DNA from: an uncultured candidate division Zixibacteria bacterium
Lineage (GTDB): Bacteria; Zixibacteria; MSB-5A5; GN15; FEB-12
DNA length: 64,000 nt
Reading direction: 5' to 3'
NCBI GenBank assembly: GCA_963806185.1
Contig: CAWDXE010000003.1
Coordinates: forward strand, 160,001 to 224,000
Of this stretch, positions 1 to 10,608 are shown piece by piece. Every line of letters starts with the position of its first letter. Positions within the stretch are counted from its first letter, which is position 1. The position numbers and the translations under genes were made by a program. The notes beneath the pieces are model-generated. The model was not told the origin of the DNA. It did no database searches and was given only the letters and a program-made list of their open reading frames with translations.

Positions 1-302
1 TCACTCTGAAACTGTTTCGCAGCAGTTTGCGGCTGCGGGGCCAGCGTGACTACGTGAGCCGTGAAGGCAACCTTCTGCGAGTCTATTTGTGTGACTTCAA
101 TATCGACAGACAGGTTATTGAGAAAGCCGACAGCGGAGACGCCCTTGACGACGGTGGCGCTGTCGACAAAGAGGAGTACGTCCTTATGGGCGGTCGTATC
201 CTGCTGGTAGACGGCAAATTTCATGACGGCGCCATCAGCCGCAAGCGCGGCTGAACCAGGCAGCAAACAGGCGACGAGCAAACTAATTATCAATCGCATC
301 AT
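1..302 (-). CDS. secreted hypothetical protein, N-terminal part (runs off window start)
   Basis: Manual translation of the minus strand from ATG 302/299 gives MMRLIISLLVACLLPGSAALAADGAVMKFAVYQQD..., a signal peptide ending ALA-A, open to position 1. Co-oriented with comB/gcvT. Confidence 0.7.
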   Translation of the reverse strand, partial: MMRLIISLLVACLLPGSAALAADGAVMKFAVYQQDTTAHKDVLLFVDSATVVKGVSAVGFLNNLSVDIEVTQIDSQKVAFTAHVVTLAPQPQTAAKQFQS

Positions 303-350
303 TTCTTATTATACCGGAAAGGGATGAAAAGGTAAACGGCAGCCGATCGA

Positions 351-1094
351 CTAGGCATTTTCGGCCAAGATTAATCGGCCATCGTGCAAAATCGGCAAAA
401 CGGGTATCGAATCCACCTCGGTGGCGAGGTCGACGTCGCGGTCAAACCCGATCGAGGCCAGGAACTTGCCATGTTCACCCTGGCGGATGGCCTGTTTCAG
501 GGCGTTGGCATTCGTGCGATACAGGAGCAGGGCCAGATTAGCGGCATCGTTCAGGGTTAGATCAAGTTTGTGCTTCGCCTGGAGGAGATGAATCAGCAGT
601 CCGCCGCAGAGAGTGTCCTCCATGGAGAAGTTGCCTTCCCGACCGGAACAGATGATCACTGTTCCCTGATTCTCGGCGGCGACCTTCTCTGCGACCTTGG
701 CAATATTCACCAGAGCCCCGGCAAGCACAGTGCCGGCGGAAATGGACTTGGCGAAAATCTGAGTGCCATTGGTGGTGGTCATGATAATGATCTTCCCCTT
801 GACCACCTCGGGAGTAAACTCGCTCGGCGAGTTGCCGAGCATGAAATTGTCGATCTTGACTCCGTTGCGCTCGCCCGCCAGGATAGCCAGATCACTTCCC
901 AGCTTGGTCCAGAGCTGACCGGCCTCGCCGGGTCCCTCAGACGGGATGACCGCCTTGGCTCCCGCTTCGAGGGCCGCACACGTAGAGGTCGAGGAACGCA
1001 AAACGTCGATAACCACGGCCGTCTTGTGCTCCAGATTGACCTTGGCCAGCGCCATGGGAGTGAGAAGCAGATCTACTTGCATAACCGTACGCAT
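351..1094 (-). CDS. comB: 2-phosphosulfolactate phosphatase family protein
   Basis: Motifs VVIDVLRSST, GERNG, GNSPSE, TTTNGT, SMEDTLCGG. TGATG overlap with the gcvT stop. Confidence 0.9.
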   Translation of the reverse strand: MRTVMQVDLLLTPMALAKVNLEHKTAVVIDVLRSSTSTCAALEAGAKAVIPSEGPGEAGQLWTKLGSDLAILAGERNGVKIDNFMLGNSPSEFTPEVVKGKIIIMTTTNGTQIFAKSISAGTVLAGALVNIAKVAEKVAAENQGTVIICSGREGNFSMEDTLCGGLLIHLLQAKHKLDLTLNDAANLALLLYRTNANALKQAIRQGEHGKFLASIGFDRDVDLATEVDSIPVLPILHDGRLILAENA

Positions 1095-2200
1095 CACCTA
1101 TGCGAAGCGTTCTTATAAAATGGCGGTTTCACGACCACGGCCGTATAGGCCTTGTCGCGAATGGCTACGCCGACAGTCGAGCCAATTTTTGACAGTTCGG
1201 CGGGCACATAACCCAGCGCGATTGGCTTCTGCAGCGAGGGAGAGACCGTGCCGGAAGTGACCGTTCCGATCTTCTTGCCATCGGCGACAATATCGTAGCC
1301 GTGACGAGGGAACGCCTTACCCTCGAGTTCAAGACAGACCAGACGCCGCTTGGGACCATCGGCCTTTTGCTTGACGATGATGTCTTTGCCGACAAAATCC
1401 TTGTCCCAACTAACGATCCATGAAAGGCCAGCTTCGACCGGGGTAGTTGTCTGATCGATGTCGTTCCCATAAAGGGCCATTTTCATTTCGAGGCGTAGGC
1501 TGTCGCGCGCGCCAAGGCCAATCAGTTCAATGCCGAGGGGCTTGCCGGCATCCATGACGGCTTTCCAGAGTCTGTCGCCGTACTGGTTCGGGATGTACAA
1601 TTCGAAGCCGTCTTCGCCCGTGTACCCAGTGCGCGAGAACAGCATTTCCACTCCGGCCACTTTCGCAGTGGCGCAAGTGTAGTATCCCATGCCTTCGAGA
1701 TTATAGTCGGTGAGCTTCGCCATCACCTTTTGGGCATTGGGGCCCTGGATGGCGAGCAGGCCGAATTCGTCGGAGCGGTTGACCAGCTTTACGTCACCGA
1801 ATTTGTGCTTGGACAGCCAATCGAAGTCTTTCTGAATATTCGAGGCATTGACGACCAGAAAGAAGCGATCCGGCAGGCGGTATACCAGCAGGTCATCGAC
1901 TATCCCACCCTCGGGATACATCATGCACGAATACTGTATTTTGCCGACTTCCAGGGAGGCTACGTTGTTTGTCGTGGTCTTCTGGAGAAAGGCGAGGGCA
2001 TCCTTGCCGGAAACTTCAAATTCGCCCATATGAGAGAGATCGAACAGACCGACATTCTGTCGGACAGCCAGGTGTTCGGCGGTGATTCCTTTGGGGTATT
2101 GAACCGGCATGTAGTAACCGGCGAAATCAACCATCTTCCCCCCCGCTTCGATATGATATTGCGTAAAGGGAGTGCGTTTAGGTTCACCGTGGCCCGACAT
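1094..2200 (-). CDS. gcvT: glycine cleavage system aminomethyltransferase T
   Basis: MVDFAGYYMPVQY, GLFDLSHMG, RTGYTGEDGFE, GLGARDSLRLEM. Confidence 0.96.
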   Translation of the reverse strand: MSGHGEPKRTPFTQYHIEAGGKMVDFAGYYMPVQYPKGITAEHLAVRQNVGLFDLSHMGEFEVSGKDALAFLQKTTTNNVASLEVGKIQYSCMMYPEGGIVDDLLVYRLPDRFFLVVNASNIQKDFDWLSKHKFGDVKLVNRSDEFGLLAIQGPNAQKVMAKLTDYNLEGMGYYTCATAKVAGVEMLFSRTGYTGEDGFELYIPNQYGDRLWKAVMDAGKPLGIELIGLGARDSLRLEMKMALYGNDIDQTTTPVEAGLSWIVSWDKDFVGKDIIVKQKADGPKRRLVCLELEGKAFPRHGYDIVADGKKIGTVTSGTVSPSLQKPIALGYVPAELSKIGSTVGVAIRDKAYTAVVVKPPFYKNASHR

Positions 2201-2409
2201 GGAAGTTCCTTTCTCTGGTACCTCTAATTAGACCGGTAATAAAGGCCGGTCGGTGTAAAAGTCAATAACTACTTTGGTCGCATGCGGGCCTCAGAATTGC
2301 GACTAAACTTGATAGTTTTCAACGGGTTGCGGCAGGGCGTCCGCCCTCGTCGTGCGCCCCCTCACGACATGCTGTCGAGCTGACCGGCGGCAAGCTCGGC
2401 ATCTTATTC

Positions 2410-2438
2410 TTGACTGATCATGCTGCTCCGCGTAGGCT
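2410..2438 (+). promoter_or_regulatory. putative sigma70 promoter for the NCS2 permease
   Basis: TTGACT-N17-TAGGCT about 40 nt upstream of ATG 2476. Confidence 0.5.
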
Positions 2439-2475
2439 TTGGCAAAGCAGATTATCAACAGAGAATCGTCAGCCT

Positions 2476-3783
2476 ATGCACCGCTATTTTCGCTTTGCCG
2501 AACTCGGCACCAACTACCGTCGCGAAATCCTGGGAGGCGTCACGACCTTCTTTGCGATGGCGTATATAATCATTGTCAATCCGGCCATTCTGTCGGCTGC
2601 CGGGATTCCAAAAGAGGCTAGTATCACGGCCACTATACTTGCCGCGGCTATCGGCACACTGGTGATGGCGCTCTGGGCACGGCGGCCGTTTGCTATCGCA
2701 CCGTACATGGGAGAGAATGCCTTCATCGCCTTTACGGTGTGTGTCGGGATGGGGTACCCGTGGCAGACGGCGCTCGGAGCGATATTCGTGAGCGGGGTGG
2801 TGTTTATCATCATCACGGCCCTTCGCATTCGGGCCTGGATAACGGCGGCTGTGCCGATGTCGCTCAAGCGGGCGTTTGCGGCCGGGATTGGGCTGTTTGT
2901 GATGTTCATCGGTCTTAACGATACCGGGCTGGTGCAATTGGGAGTGGCGGGAGCACCGGTGAAGATTGGTGATTTGTCGTCGGCCGGGCCGCTGTTGGCG
3001 GTCGTGTGCGTGGTGTTGACGTCGATTCTGCTGATCCGCAAGGTGCCAGGGTCGCTGTTGATCGGCATGTTTGTCACGACCGTGATCGCGATGATCGCCA
3101 AGGTGTCGGCGCTGCCGAGCGCGTTGGTCTCCTCTCCCCCGTCGCTGGAACCGTTGTTTCTGAAGCTGGATATTGCGGGGGCGCTCAAGATCGAGTTTCT
3201 GCCGATTATCATCGTGCTGTTTATCATGGCGTTTGTGGACACGATGGGGACGTTGATCGGCCTGTCGGCGCGGGCGGGATTGCTCGATGAAAAGGGTACA
3301 TTGCCGGAGATCGAGAAGCCGATGATGGCGGACGCTATCGCGACAACCTCGGCGGCCTTGCTTGGGACCTCGACGACCGGCGCGTATATCGAGTCGGCGA
3401 CCGGGATCGAGGCGGGGGCGCGGAGCGGGTTTGCGTCGCTGGTGACGGCCGGGATGTTTGTGCTTTGCCTGTTTTTTGCGCCGCTGTTTGGGGCGGTGCC
3501 GGCGGTGGCGTACGGTGCGGCGCTGGTGGTGGTGGGATTCCTGATGCTGGCGCCGATTCGCGATCTTCCGTTTGACGATTACACGGAGCTGTTTCCGGCG
3601 ATGGCGACGACCGTGCTGATGGCGTTCACCTACAATATCGGCTTTGGCATTGCGGCAGGGTTGGTGTTGTACCCGATACTCAAGTTAGTTTCGGGGCGGG
3701 TGCGCGAGGTAAGCGCGGGGGCGTGGGTGCTGTTCGCGATGGCGGCGGTGTTGTTTGCAGTGTATCCGTATGGGAGGGGGTGA
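2476..3783 (+). CDS. NCS2 family (AzgA/PbuG-like) purine permease
   Basis: REILGGVTTFFAMAYIIIVNPAIL, APYMGENAF, YIESATGIEAGARSG. Highly hydrophobic. Confidence 0.92.
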   Translation: MHRYFRFAELGTNYRREILGGVTTFFAMAYIIIVNPAILSAAGIPKEASITATILAAAIGTLVMALWARRPFAIAPYMGENAFIAFTVCVGMGYPWQTALGAIFVSGVVFIIITALRIRAWITAAVPMSLKRAFAAGIGLFVMFIGLNDTGLVQLGVAGAPVKIGDLSSAGPLLAVVCVVLTSILLIRKVPGSLLIGMFVTTVIAMIAKVSALPSALVSSPPSLEPLFLKLDIAGALKIEFLPIIIVLFIMAFVDTMGTLIGLSARAGLLDEKGTLPEIEKPMMADAIATTSAALLGTSTTGAYIESATGIEAGARSGFASLVTAGMFVLCLFFAPLFGAVPAVAYGAALVVVGFLMLAPIRDLPFDDYTELFPAMATTVLMAFTYNIGFGIAAGLVLYPILKLVSGRVREVSAGAWVLFAMAAVLFAVYPYGRG

Positions 3784-3786
3784 GAA

Positions 3787-4326
3787 TCAATTCTTTGAGT
3801 TCGGCTGGTAAGGGTAGGACAACAAGACGGAATCAAAGGCGATAGTAGCTCCGTCACGTGACTGAAAGTGTCCGAGGTGAAGCCAACACCGGTAAAGAGG
3901 TTCGATGCCGCCCCTGTGAGTGCTCCCCCAAAAGCGGACGGATTCCCTTGGCGGAACGGTAACACTGCTCAATGACGTCCGATTTCCGTCACGCCAATCA
4001 TAAAAAGAAAACGTCAGCTGTTCATCTTGTTCGCTCACATAGAGTGATGCAAGATCGTATTCCCATGCTTCGCTACGTAAATTACTGGCTCGGATCGCTA
4101 TTGACAGATCTCCAGGCTTCGGCTTCTGACCTGGCGAATAGTCCTTTGGACTCCTCACAACACTAAACTCCAAGCGAATCCCGTCCAGCTCTCTGACATA
4201 TCCTTTGTCGAAATTGTCAAGGCTCGAAAGACGTTCATCGGGGATACGATAATAGATACTGCCCGGTATGCATGAGGTGAGGCAGATGAGAATGAATAGA
4301 AACGCCAAAGCGACTCTCAAAGACAA
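3787..4326 (-). CDS. hypothetical lipoprotein
   Basis: 179-aa ORF with a hydrophobic N-terminus ending in lipobox-like LTSC. Lower GC than its neighbours. Confidence 0.6.
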   Translation of the reverse strand: MSLRVALAFLFILICLTSCIPGSIYYRIPDERLSSLDNFDKGYVRELDGIRLEFSVVRSPKDYSPGQKPKPGDLSIAIRASNLRSEAWEYDLASLYVSEQDEQLTFSFYDWRDGNRTSLSSVTVPPRESVRFWGSTHRGGIEPLYRCWLHLGHFQSRDGATIAFDSVLLSYPYQPNSKN

Positions 4327-4440
4327 ATCCTTCTGCTCCCAAGCTTATGGTTATGGATCAAGGTGCATAACCACCATAAAATAGAACGCGTCCGGTCTCA
4401 AAACCTGACGGCACTGCGTTCGAACCATTGGCGGCTATAC

Positions 4441-5473
4441 TCACCCCTTGTATATCGTCTTCCCCATCGCTCTTGAGGTCCTTGCAGGCTTTCGTCACGC
4501 GGGCGGCCATGTTCTCCTCGGCCTTTTTCAGATAGCTGCGCGGATCGAACAACTTCTTGTCGGCGACGTCGTCCTTCGTGTGCGTCAGACGGGCGCGGTT
4601 CTTGTCGACGTGCGCCACGATCGCCTCGGTGAAAGCGTACTGCGTGTCGGTGTCGACATTCATCTTCACCACGCCGTAGCCAAGAGTCTCGTGGATGTCG
4701 CGCAGTTCGGAGCCGGAACCGCCGTGGAACACGAGATCAAAGTAGGCTTTCTGGCCGAACTGCTTGACGACCGCATCCTGACCGTCTTTGAGGATCGTCG
4801 GTTTCAGCACCACGTTGCCCGGTTTGTAGACGCCGTGGACGTTGCCGAAGGTGGCCGCCAGCATGTACCGTCCGCCGAGCGGCGACAGCGCCTTGTACAC
4901 GCCCACCATATCCTCGGGAGTGGTGTACAGTTTTGAGGCGTGCACGCCGGAATTGTCGAGGCCGTCCTCTTCCCCGCCGACGACGCCGGTTTCGACTTCG
5001 AGAATGATCTCGTTCTCTTTGCACAGGCGAAGCAGTTCGACGGCGATCTTCATGTTGTCGGCCAGCGGAAGTTCGGAACCGTCGAACATGTGCGAATGAA
5101 ACAGGTTGGTCATCCCGGCCTTGCGGCGACGGGCAGTTTCAGCTATGAGCGGCTTGAGGAAACCGTCGACCTTTTTGGGCGGGCAATGGTCGGTGTGGAG
5201 CGCGATATAGACCGGGTATTTCTCGGCCATCCGGTGGACATGTTCGGCAATCGTGATCGAGCCGATGACCAGATCTTTCAGGGCAAGGCCGGAGGCAAAC
5301 TCGCCGCCGCCGGTGGAGAGCTGGATGATACCGTCGGACTTGGCGTCGAGAAACCCCTTGAGGGCGGCGTTGGCCGTCTCGGTGGAGGTCACGTTTATGG
5401 CCGGGAAGGCATAGCCGCCGCTGCGGGCGGAGTCGAGCATTTTGGCGTAAAGTTGAGGTGTTACGAGAGGCAT
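4441..5473 (-). CDS. fbaA: class II fructose-bisphosphate aldolase (apparent +1 indel near the 3' end, ~4463)
   Basis: LHTDHC, SHMFDGS, GGEEDG, FGNVHGVYKPG, LVFHGGSG, KMNVDTDTQ. Removing one G from GATGGGGAAG restores the end DGKTIYKG-stop at 4441. Confidence 0.93.
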
Positions 5474-5583
5474 CTGTCTATCTCCAGTAATTGGCGTTAA
5501 ATATCAATTGCATGGGAAAATGATGTTTACACTTGGCGCAATGTCAAGCGGTTTGGGGCAGGCGGATTTCGAGGGTAAGTGCA

Positions 5584-5612
5584 GAAGCCTCGTCCGAGAA
5601 TGGCGAGGCTTC
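5584..5612 (-). terminator. hairpin downstream of acnA
   Basis: GAAGCCTCG...CGAGGCTTC inverted repeat; weak U-tract. Confidence 0.45.
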
Positions 5613-5638
5613 ACACTCACGAGAGTTGTCTTATGATC

Positions 5639-8314
5639 CTACCCCATCATCTGCCGGAGCACGTATGGTAGGACGCCGCCGTGACGATAGTAGTCGACCT
5701 CAATGGCGGTATCGATCCGCACTAATGCGTGGAAGGTGATCTCACCGTTCTTGCCCAGGGCGCGCACTTTGACTTTCTGGTGCGGGCGGATGTCGTTCGA
5801 CAAGCCGTCAATCGTAAACAGTTCGTCGCCGGTGAGGCCAAGTGATTCGCGCGTGTCGCCATTGAGGAATTGCAACGGCAGTACGCCCATCCCGATCAGG
5901 TTGGAGCGGTGGATACGTTCGTAGCTCTGTGCGATCACCGCCTTGACGCCCAGCAGTAGAGTTCCCTTGGCGGCCCAGTCGCGCGACGAACCCATGCCGT
6001 AATCTTTGCCCGCAAGGACGATGAGCGGCACGCCCTCTTTCTGATATTTCATCGAGGCGTCGTAAATCGACATCGTCTCGCCGGTCGGCAGATAGTTGGT
6101 GACGCCGCCCTCGGAGCCGGGGACCATCAGATTGCGCAGGCGAATATTGGCGAAGGTGCCGCGCGTCATGATCCGGTCATTGCCGCGGCGGGAACCGTAT
6201 GAATTGAAATCGGCAAACTGGACACCGTGTTCCATCAGGAACCGTCCAGCCGGAGAGTCGGCTTTGATCGATCCGGCCGGTGAGATGTGGTCGGTCGTGA
6301 TCGAGTCGCCGAACATGCCAAGCACGCGGGCGTCGCGAATCGGCTGAATGTCGCCCGGCTTCTTGGCCATGTCGATAAAGAAGGGCGGCTCCTGAATGTA
6401 GGTCGACTTGGCATTCCAGGCGTAGATTTCACTCTTGGGGGCTTTGATAGCATTCCAGGTTTCGTTGCCGGTGAAGACCGAGGCATACTGTTTGCGAAAG
6501 AGTTCCGGGGTGACCGCTTTTTGGATGGTCGCCATGACTTCTTTGGGGGTCGGCCATATGTCTTTCAGATAGACCGGTTTGCCGGCTTTGTCGGTGCCGA
6601 TTGGTTCGTTGACCAGATCGATATCGATGGTGCCGGCCAGTGCGTAGGCAACCACCAAGCGGCGGCGACGCCAGATAATTGGCGCGGGTCAGCGGATTGA
6701 CACGACCCTCGAAATTGCGATTGCCGGAAAGAACGGCGGAGGCGACGAGCTTCCCTTCGTTGATGGCATTCGCCACCGGTTCCGGGAGCGGGCCGGAGTT
6801 ACCGATGCAGGTGGTGCAGCCGAAGCCGACATTGTGGAAACCGAGTTTTTCGAGCGGTTCGAGCAGTTGGGCCGCTTTCAGATATTCAATGACGACGCGC
6901 GAGCCGGGAGCAAGAGACGTCTTCACCCACGGCTTCACGTTCAGCCCCTTCTCCACCGCCTTCTTTGCGAGCAGACCAGATGCTACGAGGACATACGGAT
7001 CGGAGGTGTTGGTGCAGGAAGTGATCGCCGCGATCACGACGGCACCGTGGCCGATTTCGGCCCGATAACCGTTCTGAATGATGGCCGTAGAGTTCTGTTC
7101 GGCAGCTTTCAGTTCAAAGCCGCGATCTTTGATCGGCTTGCTGAGCGAATCGCGGAAATCCTGTTTCACGGCGGAGAGCCGGACACGATCCTGCGGCCGT
7201 TTCGGGCCGGCGAGGGATGGTTCGACGGTGGAAAGATCGAGTTCGAGTATGTCGGTGTATTCCGGAGCGGCGGCACCTTTGGCACGGTAGAGCCCTTGCT
7301 CTTTGGTGTAACGTTCAACGAGATCGATATCGTCGTCGCTGCGACCAGTGAGACGCATGTAGTCGAGGGTCGATTGATCGACCGGGAAATAGCCGATGGT
7401 GGCGCCGTATTCAGGCGCCATGTTGGCGATCATCGCTTTGACCGGGAGAGTCAAATCATCGAGGGCGTCGCCGAAGTATTCGACAAATTTCCCGACCACC
7501 CCTCTTTTGCGCAGAAGTCTGAGTGACGGTCAGGACGACGTCAGTGCCGGTAGCACCTTCGTTCAGTTTACCGGTCAGTTTGAATCCGATCACCTCGGGC
7601 ATCAGCATGTACAGCGGCTGGCCAAGCATGACTGCCTCGGCTTCGATGCCACCCACACCCCAGCCCACGACGCCGAGGCCGTTGATCATGGTCGTGTGCG
7701 AGTCGGTTCCAACAAGAGTGTCCGGAAACGCGGTGCCGTTGGCGGTCATGACTGACCTTGGCGAGATATTCCAGGTTAACCTGGTGAACGATGCCGGTCG
7801 CCGGCGGGACGACGCGGAAATTGTTGAAGGCGTCCTGTCCCCAGTGGAGAAATTCGTATCGCTCGTTGTTGCGCTCGAACTCCTTTAGCATGTTCAGTTC
7901 AAGCGCTTTGTCGGAAGCGTAGACGTCGACCTGCACCGAGTGATCGATCACCAGATCGACCGGCACGAGCGGGTTGATTCGTTTTGGATCACCACCCATC
8001 CGTTTGATAGCGGAGCGCATCGCGGCCAGATCAACCACCGCCGGAACACCGGTGAAATCCTGAAGGATCACGCGCGCCGGTTTGAAGGGGATTTCGATTT
8101 CGCCGACTTTCTTCGGATTATAGGCGGCCGCCGCGGCGACGTCGCTTTCCGTGATCACTTTGCCGTCGAGATTGCGATAAACCGCTTCGAGCAGGATCCG
8201 AATCGAGTACGGCAAGCGGTCGATCTTACCATATTTCCCCAGATTGCTCAAGGGATAGAATTTGTACGAATTCTTCTTGGTCTTAAGAGTGGCCGTCGAA
8301 TTATTTGCAGACAT
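5639..8314 (-). CDS. acnA: aconitate hydratase A (split into 4 ORFs by 3 apparent indels at ~7755, ~7520, ~6660)
   Basis: [88 protein letters not shown] occur in order across frames. GGAGG RBS before ATG 8314. Confidence 0.93.
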
Positions 8315-8533
8315 GCTGTTGCCTCCTTCAGGACGAACCGGACGGGTACACAATATTGCCGCCAGTATATACAACAGGTGGGAGCAATTCAAGCAGTTCC
8401 CGGATTAGTTTGCCGCGGAGTGAGCAGATGAGGTTTTCACTTGGAGCCGATTGCGGAACCGGTTATGTTCCCGCCGGTTAACGGAGTTGAATTTCGGCCA
8501 CCAGATTGCCATTAGTAGTCGGCGAGTGTACTC

Positions 8534-9424
8534 ATGTTCGTGAAGCAAATCACTAGTGACCGCTTGATAGTCGGCGCACCGGCCAAGGTAAACCTGTTCC
8601 TGCAGGTACTCAACAGGCGCGAGGACGGCTACCACAACATCAATTCTCTGTTTCAGGCGGTTTCGCTCTTTGACCGGCTGACATTTACGCGCACCGAGAC
8701 ACCCGGAATCCGAATCGAGGTACAGGGGGCGAACGGCTTGTCCGCGGGGGACGACAACCTGGTGGCGAAGGCGTATCGGCTGATGGCAGCGGAGTTTGGG
8801 TTGCATGGTGGGTTGCAGATCCACCTGGAGAAAAACATTCCGATTGCGGCCGGTTTGGCTGGGGGGTCGACCGATGGCGCAGCCACGTTGCTTGCCTGTA
8901 ATCTATTGTATAACTTGAAATTAAAGAGGTCGAGACTGGCTGAATTGGCCCTGCTAATAGGGTCTGATCTCCCATTCTTTTTTTCGTCTGGACAGGCGCT
9001 GGTTTCAGGACGCGGAGAGGTTGTCCGTGAGGTCTCTTTGCCCACAGATTATTGGATGGCTCTGGTGACCCCGGCAATGGGGGTGTCGACGCCGGAGGCC
9101 TACCGGTCACTGGGAAGGGGCTTGACAATCGGGGGTTCTGTTCTTACTTTGGCAGACTGCCGCAATGTAGGTGAGCTCCTTGCCGCGCTTGAGCTTTCGG
9201 GGAATGACTTCGAGCAAGCGCCGCTCTTGTCGCAGCCGATTTTTGGTGAGATCAAGAGCGCATTGAAGCAACAAGGTGCGGTCATCACGCGACTGAGCGG
9301 TTCAGGTCCGACGGTTTTCGGCCTGTTTGCCGAAATGCCGTCGCTTGAACGAGAAGCGGAGCTGTTCCGTCCCGAGTGGACGGTGCACACGGTGCGGCCG
9401 ATATTGCTTCCGACGATCGACTAG
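8534..9424 (+). CDS. ispE: 4-diphosphocytidyl-2-C-methyl-D-erythritol kinase
   Basis: APAKVNLFL, KNIPIAAGLAGGSTD, GSDLPFF, LSGSGPTVFG. Confidence 0.95.
   Translation: MFVKQITSDRLIVGAPAKVNLFLQVLNRREDGYHNINSLFQAVSLFDRLTFTRTETPGIRIEVQGANGLSAGDDNLVAKAYRLMAAEFGLHGGLQIHLEKNIPIAAGLAGGSTDGAATLLACNLLYNLKLKRSRLAELALLIGSDLPFFFSSGQALVSGRGEVVREVSLPTDYWMALVTPAMGVSTPEAYRSLGRGLTIGGSVLTLADCRNVGELLAALELSGNDFEQAPLLSQPIFGEIKSALKQQGAVITRLSGSGPTVFGLFAEMPSLEREAELFRPEWTVHTVRPILLPTID
9122..9150 (+). promoter_or_regulatory. sigma70 promoter inside ispE for tRNA-Gln/prs/rplY
   Basis: TTGACA-N17-TACTTT. Confidence 0.6.
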
Positions 9425-9457
9425 CGGGTGTGCGAGCAATCCGCGGTGTCATAGATT

Positions 9458-9529
9458 TGGGGCGTCGTCAAGCGGTAAGACAGCAGCCTTTGGAGCTGCG
9501 ATTCCCAGGTTCGAATCCTGGCGCCCCAG
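9458..9529 (+). tRNA. tRNA-Gln (anticodon TTG); CCA not encoded
   Basis: Cloverleaf: acceptor TGGGGCG/CGCCCCA, anticodon arm GCAGC-CTTTGGA-GCTGC, T-arm CCAGG-TTCGAAT-CCTGG. Canonical ispE-tRNAGln-prs context. Confidence 0.97.
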
Positions 9530-9608
9530 TAAAGCAGGGATGGACAAGACAGCGACCTGACAACGCAGGCCAGGCCAAATGGATGACAGCATTGGGTGAG
9601 TGCAGGCT

Positions 9609-10574
9609 ATGATCATTCGCAGTGACATCAAAGTGGTGACGGGTAATTCCAACGCCGGGTTGGCTCAGAAGATCGCCAATTACATTGGCATCGGGCTGAC
9701 CGATTGCACCGTGACAAAGTTCTCCGACGGTGAAGTGTTCGTGCAGATCAACGAGAACATCCGCGGTGCGGACCTGTTTATCGTACAGCCGACCAATCCG
9801 CCGGCGGAGACGTTGATGGAGCTGCTCATGTTGATCGAGGCTTCGCGACGGGCTTCAGCCATGCGTATCACGGCGGTCATTCCGTACTACGGGTATGCCC
9901 GGCAGGATCGCAAGGATCGTCCGCGAGTGCCGATTACGGCCAAGCTGGTGGCCAACCTGATTACGACGGCCGGCGCGGACCGCATTATGACGATGGATTT
10001 ACACGCCAGCCAGATTCAGGGATTCTTTGACCTGCCGCACGACCACTTGTATTCGGCGCAGGTGTTTAACGAATATTTCCGCAAATTGAACCTGGAACCG
10101 CTTACCATTGTGTGCCCGGATGTCGGCGGCTTGAAACTGGCACGCAGTACCTCGGCAGCGCTCAACGCCGAACTCGCGATTGTTGACAAGCGTCGCCCGA
10201 AAGCCAATTTCTCCGAAGTGATGAACCTGATTGGCGAAGTGAAGGGGCGTAATGTTCTTATCCGCGACGACATGGTCGACACGGGTGGTTCAATCTGCCA
10301 GGCGGCCCACTACCTGAAGGAACGGGGCGCCAAAGATATATACGCGGCGGCCACGCATGGTGTGCTGTCGGGGCAGGCTATCGAGAGGATTATGAAATCA
10401 CCGATCAAGCGGATGGTGATTTCGGATTCAATCGATCAGACGCGCCGGACATTGCCGGAGAAATTTGAAGTACTGACTTGCGCCCCGCTGATCGGCGAGG
10501 CGATAAAACGCATATTCGAGGAACAATCGGTTTCGTCGCTCTTTGAAGAGGTACAGCCGGTTCGCGAACCGTGA
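9609..10574 (+). CDS. prs: ribose-phosphate pyrophosphokinase
   Basis: FSDGEVFVQINENIRG, PYYGYARQDRK, DLHASQIQGFF, DDMVDTGGS, ATHGVLSG. Confidence 0.97.
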   Translation: MIIRSDIKVVTGNSNAGLAQKIANYIGIGLTDCTVTKFSDGEVFVQINENIRGADLFIVQPTNPPAETLMELLMLIEASRRASAMRITAVIPYYGYARQDRKDRPRVPITAKLVANLITTAGADRIMTMDLHASQIQGFFDLPHDHLYSAQVFNEYFRKLNLEPLTIVCPDVGGLKLARSTSAALNAELAIVDKRRPKANFSEVMNLIGEVKGRNVLIRDDMVDTGGSICQAAHYLKERGAKDIYAAATHGVLSGQAIERIMKSPIKRMVISDSIDQTRRTLPEKFEVLTCAPLIGEAIKRIFEEQSVSSLFEEVQPVREP

Positions 10575-10608
10575 AATAATTGACTCGTTTGGAGGATAGA
10601 CACAGACC

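Noticed and set aside
27..254. Plus-strand 75-aa ORF
   Set aside because: Antisense shadow of a minus-strand signal-peptide gene.
2200..2476. Glycine riboswitch before gcvT or purine riboswitch before the NCS2 permease
   Set aside because: Consensus cores (GGAGA...CCGAAG...CTCTCAGG; TATAAT...GTTTCTACC...CCGTAAA) are absent.
5639..8314. acnA, dxr, ackA and fbaA as pseudogenes or programmed frameshifts
   Set aside because: All motifs are intact, several indels fall in short homopolymers, there are no consistent slippery sites, and core genes are affected. Sequencing error is more parsimonious.
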